NCBI GenBank assembly: GCA_963665095.1
Contig: OY762069.1
Span: 4,832,001 to 4,896,000 of the forward strand
Reading direction: 5' to 3'
Source: an uncultured Desulfobacter sp.
GTDB lineage: Bacteria; Desulfobacterota; Desulfobacteria; Desulfobacterales; Desulfobacteraceae
DNA length: 64,000 nt
Shown: piece by piece, positions 41,627 to 51,615 of the stretch
Layout: each line of letters starts with the position of its first letter
Numbering within the stretch: position 1 is the first letter of the stretch
Notes under the pieces: model-generated
The model's database searches: none
What the model was told of the DNA's origin: nothing
Seen by the model: the letters and a program-made list of their open reading frames with translations, nothing else
Position numbers and translations under genes: made by a program

Positions 41627-42979
41627 ATGCATCCTGGAATATTCAGGGAGTATGACATCCGCGGGATTGCCGGAGAAGAGATCACCGCACAGGATGCCAA
41701 TGCCGTGGGAAAGGCCTATGGGTCAATGCTTTCCGTCCAGGGACGTAAAAAAGTATCCGTGGGACGGGACTGCCGCAAAACATCTGATGAGTTTTCAAAA
41801 GCATTTGTTGACGGTGTCCTTTCCACGGGGTGTGATGTCACTGATATCGGTGTATGCCCCACACCGGTCTTGTACTTTTCCATTCACCATCTGTCCTTAG
41901 AGGGTGGGGCCATGATTACGGCCAGCCACAACCCGCCGGAATATAACGGATTCAAACTGATGAGCGGGCTTGATTCCATCCACAGCCAGGGGCTGCAGGA
42001 TATCCGGAAGATTATCGAGGACCAGGCTTATGTTACTGGAAGCGGGCAGCTGACCCAGGTGGATGTGATGACACCATATAAAGCCATGATTGTGGATAAT
42101 ATCACATTGAAAAAGCCGCTTCGGGTTGGTATTGATGCCGGAAACGGTACCGGCGGTCTTACCGCGCTTCCGGTTTTGAAACAACTGGGCTGTGAGGTCC
42201 ATGCGCTATACTGTGATCTTGACGGCAGTTTTCCCAACCATGAGGCCGATCCCACCCAGAAAAAGAACATGACCGATCTCATTGCCCTGGTGGAAAAAGA
42301 GAAACTGGACATCGGCATCGGGTATGACGGAGATGCCGACCGCATTGGCGTGGTGGACCGCCATGGCAACCTCATCTACGGGGACCAGCTCATGGTGATC
42401 TATGCCAGAGAGATCCTGTCACGCAATCCCGGCGCCACTTTTATCTCAGAAGTCAAATGCTCCATGGTCATGTATGATGAGATCAATAAAATGGGCGGCA
42501 ACGCCATCATGTGGCGGACCGGCCACTCTTTGATCAAAAAGAAGATGAAAGAGGAAGATGCGGCCTTAGCAGGTGAAATGAGCGGGCATATGTTTTTTAA
42601 GGACCGCTACTATGGGTTTGATGATGCTCTGTACGCCAGCTGCCGGCTTTTAGAGATCATGGATACCACCGGTCTTGGCGTGGATGAGCTGATCAAGGAT
42701 CTGCCCAAAACCTTTACTACGCCTGAGCTTCGTGTGGAGTGCCCGGATGAGGTAAAGTTCAAGGTTGTGGAAAAGATAGTGGCATTGTATAAAGCCCGGC
42801 AGAAAGTGATTGATATTGACGGGATGCGGGCCATTTATGATGACGGGTGGGGCCTTGTACGGGCGTCCAACACCCAGCCGGCCCTGGTGCTGCGCTTTGA
42901 AGCATTAACTGAATCCCGTCTGGAAGAGATCAGAACTGAAATTGAAACGGATTTGAAAAAAATTATTGAGGACTCATAA
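41627..42979 (+). CDS. Phosphomannomutase/phosphoglucomutase (AlgC-like)
   Basis: FREYDIRG, TASHNP, DGDADR, GEMSGH, RASNT. Confidence 0.95.
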   Translation: MHPGIFREYDIRGIAGEEITAQDANAVGKAYGSMLSVQGRKKVSVGRDCRKTSDEFSKAFVDGVLSTGCDVTDIGVCPTPVLYFSIHHLSLEGGAMITASHNPPEYNGFKLMSGLDSIHSQGLQDIRKIIEDQAYVTGSGQLTQVDVMTPYKAMIVDNITLKKPLRVGIDAGNGTGGLTALPVLKQLGCEVHALYCDLDGSFPNHEADPTQKKNMTDLIALVEKEKLDIGIGYDGDADRIGVVDRHGNLIYGDQLMVIYAREILSRNPGATFISEVKCSMVMYDEINKMGGNAIMWRTGHSLIKKKMKEEDAALAGEMSGHMFFKDRYYGFDDALYASCRLLEIMDTTGLGVDELIKDLPKTFTTPELRVECPDEVKFKVVEKIVALYKARQKVIDIDGMRAIYDDGWGLVRASNTQPALVLRFEALTESRLEEIRTEIETDLKKIIEDS

Positions 42980-42988
42980 GCTTTTTTT

Positions 42989-44842
42989 ATGCAACTATCC
43001 CAGCCCCAGCAGGAAGCTGTAAATCATACCGGCTCCCCGGCCCTTGTGGTTGCGGGAGCCGGTTCCGGTAAGACCCGAACCCTTACGGCCAAATTTTCCC
43101 ACCTGATTGCCAATGGTCATGACCCCGCCAGAATTCTGGCCATCACCTTTACCAATAAAGCCGCCCAGGAGATGAAATCCCGGCTTGTGGAGATGACCGG
43201 GTTGCCTCAGTTCCGGTTTGAATGGGTCCGCACCTATCACTCCGCATGCCTGATGATTTTAAAAAAGTATTGTGCGCTTTTAGGCTATACCCCGCCCCTG
43301 CAGGTGTTTACCGTTTACCAGCAGGATAAGCTGATCAAAGAGCTGTGCGTACAGAATAATATTGACAAAAAGTATGCAGGAAGAATTCTGTCTGCCATTT
43401 CCCGGGGCAAGAACGACGGGGACCCTGCAAAGTATTTTGATCGCAACCCAGGGTTTTATAACGTCCGTCTGGCAGATATGTATGCACAGTTTGAAAGACG
43501 TTTGTCTGCAATGAACTGCGTTGATTTCGACAACATTTTGCTCAAAACCCGGGATCTGCTCCGGGATCACACGGAAGTCCGCAAGTTCTATCAGGAATAC
43601 TTTTCCTTTATCCTGGTGGACGAGTACCAGGATACCAACAACCTGCAGGAGGAGTTAACCTCCCTTTTGCTTGGACCCCACCGCAACTTGTTCTGTGTGG
43701 GGGATGACTGGCAGGCGGTTTACGGATTCCGTGGTTCCAATGTGAACCATTTCCTGCGGTTTGCTGAAAAGTATCAGGATGCCAAAATTTTCCGGCTGGA
43801 GGAAAATTACCGGTCTGCCAATGAGATTGTCCAGGCCGCCAATGACCTGATCGATTACAACCCCGACAAGATGGAAAAGCGTTGTTTCTCCCAGAAAAAA
43901 GGCGGGATGGTGGAGGTCTATGATTTTCTGTCCGACGCCCATGAGGCGGAATGGACAGCCAAACGGATTCTGGCGCTCCACCGTCAGGGCATTGCCTTTG
44001 ACAAGATGGCTGTGGTCTACCGGACTAAGTTCTGTTCTCTGCCCTTTGAAAAGATATTCAGAGCGTTCAGGATTCCCTACCGGCTGATGGGGTCTCAAGG
44101 CTTTTTTGAGCGCATGGAGATTCTGGACATCAACTCATACTTAAGTGCCGCGTTTTTCCCCAATGATGATCTCTCCTTTGAGCGCATCGTCAACACCCCG
44201 AAACGGGGGATCGGGCCCTCCATGATCAAAAAACTGGCGGAATTGCGGGACCAGGGCGGCAGTCTGCAGGGGGCGGCAAGGATCATGGTCCGGGACCGGG
44301 TGCTGACCAAAAAAGTCCATGACAACATGTCCGAGGTGCTTGATATCATTGACACCATCCATGACATGGCCCCGGCCATGGCCATGGAGACGGTGATTGA
44401 CCGCACCGGCTACTACGATTATCTGGAGAAGAAAACCAAGACCGATTCGGAATTTATCTCTAAAAAGGAAAATATTGAACAGCTCATCCACACGGCCCGG
44501 TCCAAGGATACCATGCTGGAGTACCTGGAGGAGGCGGCCCTGATCCGTGAAGACACGGAAGAGGACGATCAGGATGATTCCGGCGTCGGCCTTTTGACCA
44601 TTCATTCGGCCAAGGGGCTGGAGTTTGATGTGGTGTTCATTGCCGGATGCGAGGAGGGGCTGTTTCCCCACTGGCGCTCCATTGACGAGGGAGAGGCGGC
44701 TCTGTATGAAGAGCGGCGCCTCATGTATGTGGCCATGACCCGGGCAGAACGGTTTTTATACCTGAGCCATGCCAATTACCGCAAAGGAGATTTTTCCACC
44801 CCCAGCCGGTTTATTGATCAGGTTAAAGAGTGTCTGGCGTGA
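42989..44842 (+). CDS. UvrD/PcrA/Rep-family DNA helicase
   Basis: AGAGSGKT, TFTNKAA, DEYQDTN, VGDDWQ, NYRS, TIHSAKGLEF, EERRLMYVAMTRA. Confidence 0.95.
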   Translation: MQLSQPQQEAVNHTGSPALVVAGAGSGKTRTLTAKFSHLIANGHDPARILAITFTNKAAQEMKSRLVEMTGLPQFRFEWVRTYHSACLMILKKYCALLGYTPPLQVFTVYQQDKLIKELCVQNNIDKKYAGRILSAISRGKNDGDPAKYFDRNPGFYNVRLADMYAQFERRLSAMNCVDFDNILLKTRDLLRDHTEVRKFYQEYFSFILVDEYQDTNNLQEELTSLLLGPHRNLFCVGDDWQAVYGFRGSNVNHFLRFAEKYQDAKIFRLEENYRSANEIVQAANDLIDYNPDKMEKRCFSQKKGGMVEVYDFLSDAHEAEWTAKRILALHRQGIAFDKMAVVYRTKFCSLPFEKIFRAFRIPYRLMGSQGFFERMEILDINSYLSAAFFPNDDLSFERIVNTPKRGIGPSMIKKLAELRDQGGSLQGAARIMVRDRVLTKKVHDNMSEVLDIIDTIHDMAPAMAMETVIDRTGYYDYLEKKTKTDSEFISKKENIEQLIHTARSKDTMLEYLEEAALIREDTEEDDQDDSGVGLLTIHSAKGLEFDVVFIAGCEEGLFPHWRSIDEGEAALYEERRLMYVAMTRAERFLYLSHANYRKGDFSTPSRFIDQVKECLA

Positions 44843-44877
44843 CCTGTACCCGGCTTTGGTAAAGCACCCTTTCCGAT

Positions 44878-46137
44878 ATGGATTTTTTTTACGCCATATA
44901 TGAACCTGTGTCCCAGGCGGCCGGCCGGATTATGGCCAAAGGGTATCGGGCCATTCCTTCGGACAACAAAAAGGTCTTTATCACCCTTTTTTTTATCATT
45001 TTTATCAATGTCGCCGGCGTCGGTATTGTGGTGCCGCTTCTGCCCATCTATGCCCATAATCTGGGCGCTGCCGGCATTTACGTGGCCATGATTTTCGGGG
45101 CGTTCTCCATTTCAAGGGCCGTGTTTCTGCCCATGTTCGGCAGCATGTCAGACCGTAAGGGGCGAAAACCGTTTATTCTGGGTGGCCTTGTGACCTATCT
45201 TTTGGTGGCCCTGGCATTTGTCTGGTCTTCCCGGGTGGAGACCCTTATCGCGCTGCGGTTTATCCAGGGGGCGGGATCGGCCATGATTATGCCGGTGGTC
45301 CAGGCCTATGTGGGGGAGATTGCCAGTGACGGTACCGAAGGGTATTCCATGGGGCTGTTTAACCTCTCCATGTTTCTAAGTCTTTCGCTTGGTCCTGTTA
45401 TGGGCGGTGTGATTGAACAGGCCTGGTCTTTGAATGCAGCCTTTTATTGTATGGCAGCGTTGTCGTCCATTGGGGCGATTATCTGTCTGATTTTTCTGCC
45501 GCCATTGTCCGAAGAGCGGATACAGAAGAAACACCGGTCTCCGGCATCCCTTTCCATGGTGGTCCGGGACTGGGAACTGGCGGGTCTTGTGGCATTCCGG
45601 TATGCATATACCTCCTGTATCGGCATTATCTGGTGTTTCATGCCGCTGTATGCCAGCCACCGTTTCGGGTTAAACGGGGGTAAAATAGGGCTTCTGGTCA
45701 CCGCCGGGGTGTTTGTCTCCGGGATACTCCAGGTGCCTTTAGGCTATGCCGCTGACCGCTGGAATCGAAAAATTATGGTGGTGTGCGGAGGCGTTCTGTC
45801 AGCTGCAGGAATCCTCTACCCGTTCTGGGCGGCAAGCTTTTCTGACCTTCTGACAGGCGTGAGTCTGTTCGGGGTGGGTGGGGGCATTGCCATGCCCGCG
45901 TTGACGGCGCTTGCCGTGGTCAAGGGCGAAGAAAAACAGGCCATGGGATCCGTGATGTCCATCATGACCTCGGCCCACTCTTTAGGCATGTTCACAGGAT
46001 CGGTCATGGCCGGCCTGTCAATGGATTTTTTCAGTCTCTCCTATGCTTTTCCCTGCGGGGCACTGATCATGGGCCTTGGCGTCCTGGCGTTTCCTGTGCT
46101 GTACTTTCGAAAAGGGCACCACAATGAAGACATTTAA
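44878..46137 (+). CDS. MFS transporter (DHA1-like; start uncertain, possibly 44932)
   Basis: GSMSDRKGRK motif A, LRFIQG, about 12 hydrophobic segments. Confidence 0.9.
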   Translation: MDFFYAIYEPVSQAAGRIMAKGYRAIPSDNKKVFITLFFIIFINVAGVGIVVPLLPIYAHNLGAAGIYVAMIFGAFSISRAVFLPMFGSMSDRKGRKPFILGGLVTYLLVALAFVWSSRVETLIALRFIQGAGSAMIMPVVQAYVGEIASDGTEGYSMGLFNLSMFLSLSLGPVMGGVIEQAWSLNAAFYCMAALSSIGAIICLIFLPPLSEERIQKKHRSPASLSMVVRDWELAGLVAFRYAYTSCIGIIWCFMPLYASHRFGLNGGKIGLLVTAGVFVSGILQVPLGYAADRWNRKIMVVCGGVLSAAGILYPFWAASFSDLLTGVSLFGVGGGIAMPALTALAVVKGEEKQAMGSVMSIMTSAHSLGMFTGSVMAGLSMDFFSLSYAFPCGALIMGLGVLAFPVLYFRKGHHNEDI

Positions 46138-46237
46138 TAAAAGGATCAGGCCTTAAATGCTGAAAAGGGGTCAAGTCTGCCGAGGACTCTTAATGCACAC
46201 TTGATTGGGTTGTCTGTGTATGACCGCCATCCGGCAG

Positions 46238-47272
46238 TTAGACAGTGCCCATTGGCCATTGAATCGTCAGCGGGCGCTCAGACGCAATCAGCCAGATTCC
46301 GCAGTTTTCCGTCACAGGGTCATCCGGGGAGGGATTGACTTTTACCTGGCCATCCGCCAGCTGCAGGGCAAAGCTTAAGAATTTATATTTTTCCATCAAA
46401 TAGACGTGAAGCTCCCACCAGGTTATCTGTCTGGGCATGGCAGGGACTTTCACGTAGTACATCTCCTCGCCTTCATCATTTTTCAATAGCTCCTGCAATG
46501 GCAGATGCACCTTGTCCTGCATGGCCTGAACCATCATCTCTGCGGTCATCTGCATAATGGTTTGAAATTCCCCCGGCACGGATGAAAATGTTTCCAGGCT
46601 CTGGGTGGACAGGCATCTTACCGTGATTTCGCAGGTATCACTTTTCATGTTCAGGGTATTGATCAGGGCGAACAAAGAGAGTTCATCACTGCCGGTGTGA
46701 ATGATAATCCGGTCTGCACCGGCTGCCCCGGCCCGGGTCATGGCCTGAATGGTGTCAGGACGGCCTTTGACAAAGTAGGTATGGGGCTTTTCCGGAAACG
46801 GGTGGCGGGGCAGGTCCGCGAGAATAACAATATCTTTGCCCTGGTAGGTCTTATCTGCCCGGATCTGTTCCACCAGGTATTCCGTCTCCTGGGTATGCCC
46901 CACCACAAGGATATGGTCGCGGTCTTTATAGGCGGTTTCCCCGTGCATGTGTTTGTCTCTCCTTTCTATCAGGATGGAAGCGATATGCGTGATAAAGGCA
47001 GCCCCGAGGCCTATGCCCATGAACATGGGAAGCATCACCGCAATGACTTTACCCCAGGGGGATACCGGATAGATGTCCCCGTATCCCACGGTGGTTGAGG
47101 TGACAATGCTCCACCAAAGGGCCTGATCCGGTTGGTTTAATGCGCTGTCTGCCGGTTCCACCATGCAGATCAGCGCGGTGGAGGCTGCCAACAGCATCAT
47201 GTATGCAAAAACAAGGGTGGGCCCCCGGTTGTGGAGGCCCGCACGGATAAGGCGCCGGATTAAATGCAGCAA
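46238..47272 (-). CDS. Potassium channel with RCK domain
   Basis: Selectivity filter TTVGYGD between two TM helices; HILVVG Rossmann-type RCK domain. Confidence 0.92.
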   Translation of the reverse strand: MLHLIRRLIRAGLHNRGPTLVFAYMMLLAASTALICMVEPADSALNQPDQALWWSIVTSTTVGYGDIYPVSPWGKVIAVMLPMFMGIGLGAAFITHIASILIERRDKHMHGETAYKDRDHILVVGHTQETEYLVEQIRADKTYQGKDIVILADLPRHPFPEKPHTYFVKGRPDTIQAMTRAGAAGADRIIIHTGSDELSLFALINTLNMKSDTCEITVRCLSTQSLETFSSVPGEFQTIMQMTAEMMVQAMQDKVHLPLQELLKNDEGEEMYYVKVPAMPRQITWWELHVYLMEKYKFLSFALQLADGQVKVNPSPDDPVTENCGIWLIASERPLTIQWPMGTV

Positions 47273-47300
47273 TGGTCAGTCCTTGAACCCGGTTTCGGGT

Positions 47301-48080
47301 TTATTTCTCCTGCCAGGCAGGTTCGCGTTTTTCAAAAAAGGCAGCCACGCCTTCCTTGGCGTCATGGGTATCGCACAACCGTGCAAAGGCCTCATTCATG
47401 TATGAAAACTGGGCCTCATAGGGCATATCCTGGGAAGCATAAAAGGCTGATTTGGCGATTTTTACCGCAATGGGGCTTTTTTTCGCCAGATCACGAGCCC
47501 AGGCCAGTGCCAGGTCTTCCAGCTCCTCTTTGGGTACCACACGGTTGATCAGGCCTAAAGCCAGGGCCTGATCCGCCTTGATCAAATCTCCATAGAGCAG
47601 CAGTTCCAGGGCTTTCTTGCGCCCCACACACCGGGCCACTGGAATCACCGGCCCCACACAGTTTAAACCCACATTGATGGCAGTCAGCCCCATTTTAACA
47701 TTGTCGGCTGCAATGGCCAGATCCGATGCGGCCACAACGCCCATGCCGTTGGCCGCGGCGGCTCCGTGAACCTGGGTAATCACCGGGGTGTTCATTTTGC
47801 TCATCAGCACCAGCGGCGCTTCCATCTTTTCAATCCATTCCCGGTACTGGTTGGTGGTTTTGCCTTCAAGTTCCTTCACATCAATACCTGCGCAAAATGC
47901 CCTGCCGGCACCCCGGATGAGAATGGCCCGGACACCGGGGTCAGTGTCAAAACTTTTAAGCGCATCAAACAGCTCTTCGGCCATCTGACTGGAAAAGGTG
48001 TTCATCTGGGCCGCACGGTTCAACGTCAATCTGCCTACATGTCCCTCCAAAATCTCTGCGATGATTGTTTCGTATGCCAT
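47301..48080 (-). CDS. Enoyl-CoA hydratase/isomerase family protein
   Basis: LNR...N, AFCAGID, EGVAAFFEKR. Confidence 0.92.
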   Translation of the reverse strand: MAYETIIAEILEGHVGRLTLNRAAQMNTFSSQMAEELFDALKSFDTDPGVRAILIRGAGRAFCAGIDVKELEGKTTNQYREWIEKMEAPLVLMSKMNTPVITQVHGAAAANGMGVVAASDLAIAADNVKMGLTAINVGLNCVGPVIPVARCVGRKKALELLLYGDLIKADQALALGLINRVVPKEELEDLALAWARDLAKKSPIAVKIAKSAFYASQDMPYEAQFSYMNEAFARLCDTHDAKEGVAAFFEKREPAWQEK

Positions 48081-48182
48081 TTGAGATCACTCCTTTAAAA
48101 GTGTTGATGAAGACCTGACTGGTAATTGATGTAACCTAACAGCCGGCGAAAATAAAGAAAAGTTTTTTTCCTTTCATGGTTT

Positions 48183-49118
48183 TCAGCAAAGCAGATGGAT
48201 GATGGATAGTGCCAGCAACACAATAAAAGTATGCTTCTGATATTTTTTAAACCATGTGATGCGGATCAGGCGGGTGCCGATCTGACCACCCACGATAACG
48301 CCACTGCAGGTGGCAAACAGCAGATAGGTGCCGTGGGGCCAGGATGCCGCTCCCAGCAAGACACTGATGCAGACCAGAAAAAGATAAAAAAGGATGGTGA
48401 CAAACATGATGAACAGACTGGTGGCCACAGCCAGGGAGGTCGGCATCTTCATTTTAATGGTCATGTGAGGGATCAGCCAGTCTGTGTTACCGATGCTTAA
48501 AAGCCCTGTGAAAAATGAGGAAAGAAGTACCACCGGGTAGCTTCTGGTGTAAATATTAGGGGGAATGACGGTCTTGTTCTCTTCAACAACAGGGGGTTGC
48601 GTCTTAAGGGACTGGATGGTTCTAAATAAAAGATAGGCCGCAATGACAATAAAGATGTGAAGAAGAAGCTCTTCGTAACCCCTGGACATGTAGAAGCTGG
48701 AGAAAAAGCCAAGGGTTACCCCTGCCAGAGCCATGGGGATAAAGGCTGCGGCCATTTTTACATCCACCATGCCGTTACAAAGATAGGTTAAAGACCCGGT
48801 TCCCTTGCCGGCAATCTGGGTGAATATGGATATGGCAACCGCTTCAGAAGGTCTGATCTCCAGAAATGTTAGCACCGGTATCCACAGAACACCCGCCCCA
48901 AGCCCTGTGAACATCACCATGGACCCCACACCAATGGCCAGGAAATGGACAAAAATAAATCTGGAAAAGCTCAATGGAATTTCGGTGTCCAGGAAAAAGG
49001 ACAGAAAAAAAACATATGCAGCGTCCACCAGTATCCAGAAGCCCAGGTATTTAGGCATTTTGAACAGCAGGGACCAAATTTTCATCAGCAGATCATCCTT
49101 ATAACGGCCAAAAGCCAT
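48183..49118 (-). CDS. TauE/SafE-family sulfite exporter (start uncertain)
   Basis: FTGLGAGVLWIP...AVAIS and repeated FTGLLSIG...AVATSL halves; highly hydrophobic. Confidence 0.78.
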   Translation of the reverse strand: MAFGRYKDDLLMKIWSLLFKMPKYLGFWILVDAAYVFFLSFFLDTEIPLSFSRFIFVHFLAIGVGSMVMFTGLGAGVLWIPVLTFLEIRPSEAVAISIFTQIAGKGTGSLTYLCNGMVDVKMAAAFIPMALAGVTLGFFSSFYMSRGYEELLLHIFIVIAAYLLFRTIQSLKTQPPVVEENKTVIPPNIYTRSYPVVLLSSFFTGLLSIGNTDWLIPHMTIKMKMPTSLAVATSLFIMFVTILFYLFLVCISVLLGAASWPHGTYLLFATCSGVIVGGQIGTRLIRITWFKKYQKHTFIVLLALSIIHLLC

Positions 49119-49358
49119 TTGTCACGTTCCATTCTTAACTACTTTTCCGCATTCTATACAAGAAGTTCGGTCTGGACAAGTTTCTCTTTCATATAGTTCA
49201 TTTTTTCCTGCCAGTTTTCAGGTTTTGGCTGTTTTTGATCCAACAGGTGGCGGTGAAACTTACAAAAGAAGTACTTGACATGCCGCCGGGCAAAGACTAA
49301 TCATTTGCTATACGTTTGTATACGAATTCTTATCTTTCTTCAGCAAAGGATAGATTGC

Positions 49359-50699
49359 GTGGACTTCAAAGAGAAGCTCTTGGCATTCATTTTCGTCTCA
49401 GGTTTCATTCTTGCGATGAGCAACCCGGCTGCTTTATGTGAGGACGCCGCGAGCAAGTGTGTCCAATGTCATACCAATTTAAAAAAACTGATTCGCCTGT
49501 GCTGGGAGGTGGAGAAGCTCAAACCAAAGCCCGGGGCCAGTGCCGAAACCAGCGGTGAAGGGTGAGGCGGTCCGCTGGCTCCGTTGGAGCTATACCAGAG
49601 AATTTATGTTGCCTCCTCTTTTCTGGAGACTGAACACGGGCAGATTGCGTGCGAACAATGTCATGGTGGCCGGCCGGATGACGATAACTGGCAGACCGCC
49701 CATGAGGGACTGGTGACCGATCCAACATTGCTGGATGCAGACCGGGTGTGCGGTGCGTGTCACGGCGATATTGTTGGAACCGCAAAGAACAGCCTGCACT
49801 ATACCCTGGCGCCCATGTATCAGGCTGTATTTAACCGGGCAGGAGGGGCGTGCTGTGCGCCAAAGACTAAAACAATTTTAAAAGAATCCATGGACAGGCA
49901 CTGTGGTGCCTGTCACAGCAGCTGCGGGCAGTGCCATGTATCGCGGCCGGATTACGTAAAAGGCGGTTTTTTGGCCAAGCACCATTTTAAAGGGACCCCG
50001 CCCATGGATACCACCTGCGCCTCCTGCCACGGGGGCCGGGTTCACGGCGAATTCACCGGGACCAATGAGGATTTCAGCCCGGATGTCCATTTTGAAGATG
50101 AGGAGATGACCTGCCTGAACTGTCATGGTGCACAGGAGATGCATGCCGATGCCCAAAAGGTTTCAAGCCGGTATACACTACCTGAAAAACCAACGTGTAT
50201 TCAGTGTCATGAAGAGGTCCTGCAGCCTGATGGCAAAAATCTTTATCATACCAGCCATGGCAGTAAGCTGGCCTGCCAGGTCTGCCATTCCCAGGCGTCA
50301 AAAAGCTGTTTCTCCTGCCATGTGGGCACCGATAAAAAAGGGCTTCCCTGGTTTAAATGCAAAAAAACAGATGTCATGTTTAAAATTGGGTTGAATCCGG
50401 ACAAGAGAGACCAGGCACCGTTTGAATATGTCGTTGTCCGGCACACACCGGTTGTTCCTGACACGTTTAAATTTTATATCCCGTCCGGACTGGAGCAGTT
50501 TTCAAAAGCGTCCACCTGGAAGCGGGCTACCCCTCATAATATTATCCGGAAAACCAGTCAGACTCAGACCTGTAACAGTTGCCACGGCAAGCCAGATCTG
50601 TTTTTACAAAAAAAGGATTTAACCCCAGAGGGGATTGACGCCAATCAGAATGTCATTGTGCCTGATGACAGGATTCCTGGAAAAATCCTGGAAAAATAA
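49359..50699 (+). CDS. Secreted 11-heme c-type cytochrome with predicted selenocysteine at codon 69 (TGA 49563..49565)
   Basis: GTG start after AAAGGA; signal peptide; one CxxCH before and ten after an in-frame TGA; continuous frame GEG*GGPLAPLELY; SECIS-like hairpin. Confidence 0.85.
49566..49596 (+). promoter_or_regulatory. Putative bacterial SECIS element
   Basis: Stem TGGCTCC/GGAGCTA with GTT loop; loop G is 18 nt after the TGA; possible lower pairing GGT/ACC. Confidence 0.72.
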
Positions 50700-50781
50700 C
50701 CGGAGACGACTTTTTGCCGCCGCCGGAAAATTGAAACCCGGACAGACATTGTTTTTGTCTGCCATAGAAAGGAGACAGGTT

Positions 50782-51354
50782 ATGAAAAGAATTTTTTGTT
50801 TTCTCACAACGGCATTGTTTTTCACTTCGCTGGCTTTTGCCGGAGGGTATGAGTACAAATCGAACGCAGATCATCTTGGCGGCGACCTGACACCGGAGAA
50901 TGCATTCAAAATGCTGGAAAAGGACCCGGAGCATACCTTCCTGGTAGATTGCCGTACCCGGGCAGAGTATCAGTTTGTGGGCCACCCTGAGAATGCATAT
51001 AATGTCCCCTTGCGGTTTTTAACCACTAAAGCGGGGAAAAAGGGATATACTGAAGCCATGAATGATAATTTCGGCAAAGACCTGCTCAGCCGGTTTAATC
51101 CAAAGACAGACACCCTGATCATCCTGTGCCGCTCCGGCAACAGAAGCTGTAAAGCCTGCAATGAAGCCATTAAGGCTGGATTTGACGAGGCAAAGGTGTT
51201 TAACCTCATGGGCGGTTTTGAAGGCGGGAAAAATAAAAACAAAGGCAGTGTGTATTACGGCAAAAGGTGGGCTGGCGGATGGAAGCTTGAAGGACTGCCC
51301 TGGACATACAATATGGATAAAAAATTGATGTATCAGCCCGATATCCAGGGATAG
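50782..51354 (+). CDS. Secreted rhodanese-domain sulfurtransferase
   Basis: Signal peptide (SLAFA), LVDCRT..EY..GH, active site CRSGNRS, LMGGF; AGGAG RBS. Confidence 0.9.
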   Translation: MKRIFCFLTTALFFTSLAFAGGYEYKSNADHLGGDLTPENAFKMLEKDPEHTFLVDCRTRAEYQFVGHPENAYNVPLRFLTTKAGKKGYTEAMNDNFGKDLLSRFNPKTDTLIILCRSGNRSCKACNEAIKAGFDEAKVFNLMGGFEGGKNKNKGSVYYGKRWAGGWKLEGLPWTYNMDKKLMYQPDIQG

Positions 51355-51498
51355 AGATGTGCCCTGCATAACATGTAAGAGCAAATCGTATTGTGAAATA
51401 CGGGCACAGACCAGCGTTTGCTCCCTGGCCTTCTGCCTGAAAAGTGCATGACTGATGTTAACCACGCATCGTCATATCGAAGTTAATAAATTCAACAA

Positions 51499-51598
51499 TG
51501 ATGCACTCGTAAAAAGTCCGATTTTAGCAAATTTTTTAATATAAGCTACTGAATTTATATATAGTTGGTTTGCCTTTTCGACTTTTTACGGGCCATCA
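51499..51598. mobile_element. 100-bp MITE-like element
   Basis: Terminal inverted repeats TGATGCACTCGTAAAAAGTC / GACTTTTTACGGGCCATCA around an AT-rich core. Confidence 0.6.
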
Positions 51599-51615
51599 AC
51601 AATTAATGGCCGCAG

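Noticed and set aside
49275..49565. 96-aa ORF as a stand-alone monoheme protein and 49584..50699 as a separate gene
   Set aside because: Both are in one frame across a single TGA with a SECIS-like hairpin; the second lacks an RBS and signal peptide; the TTG at 49275 is part of a TTGACA promoter-like box
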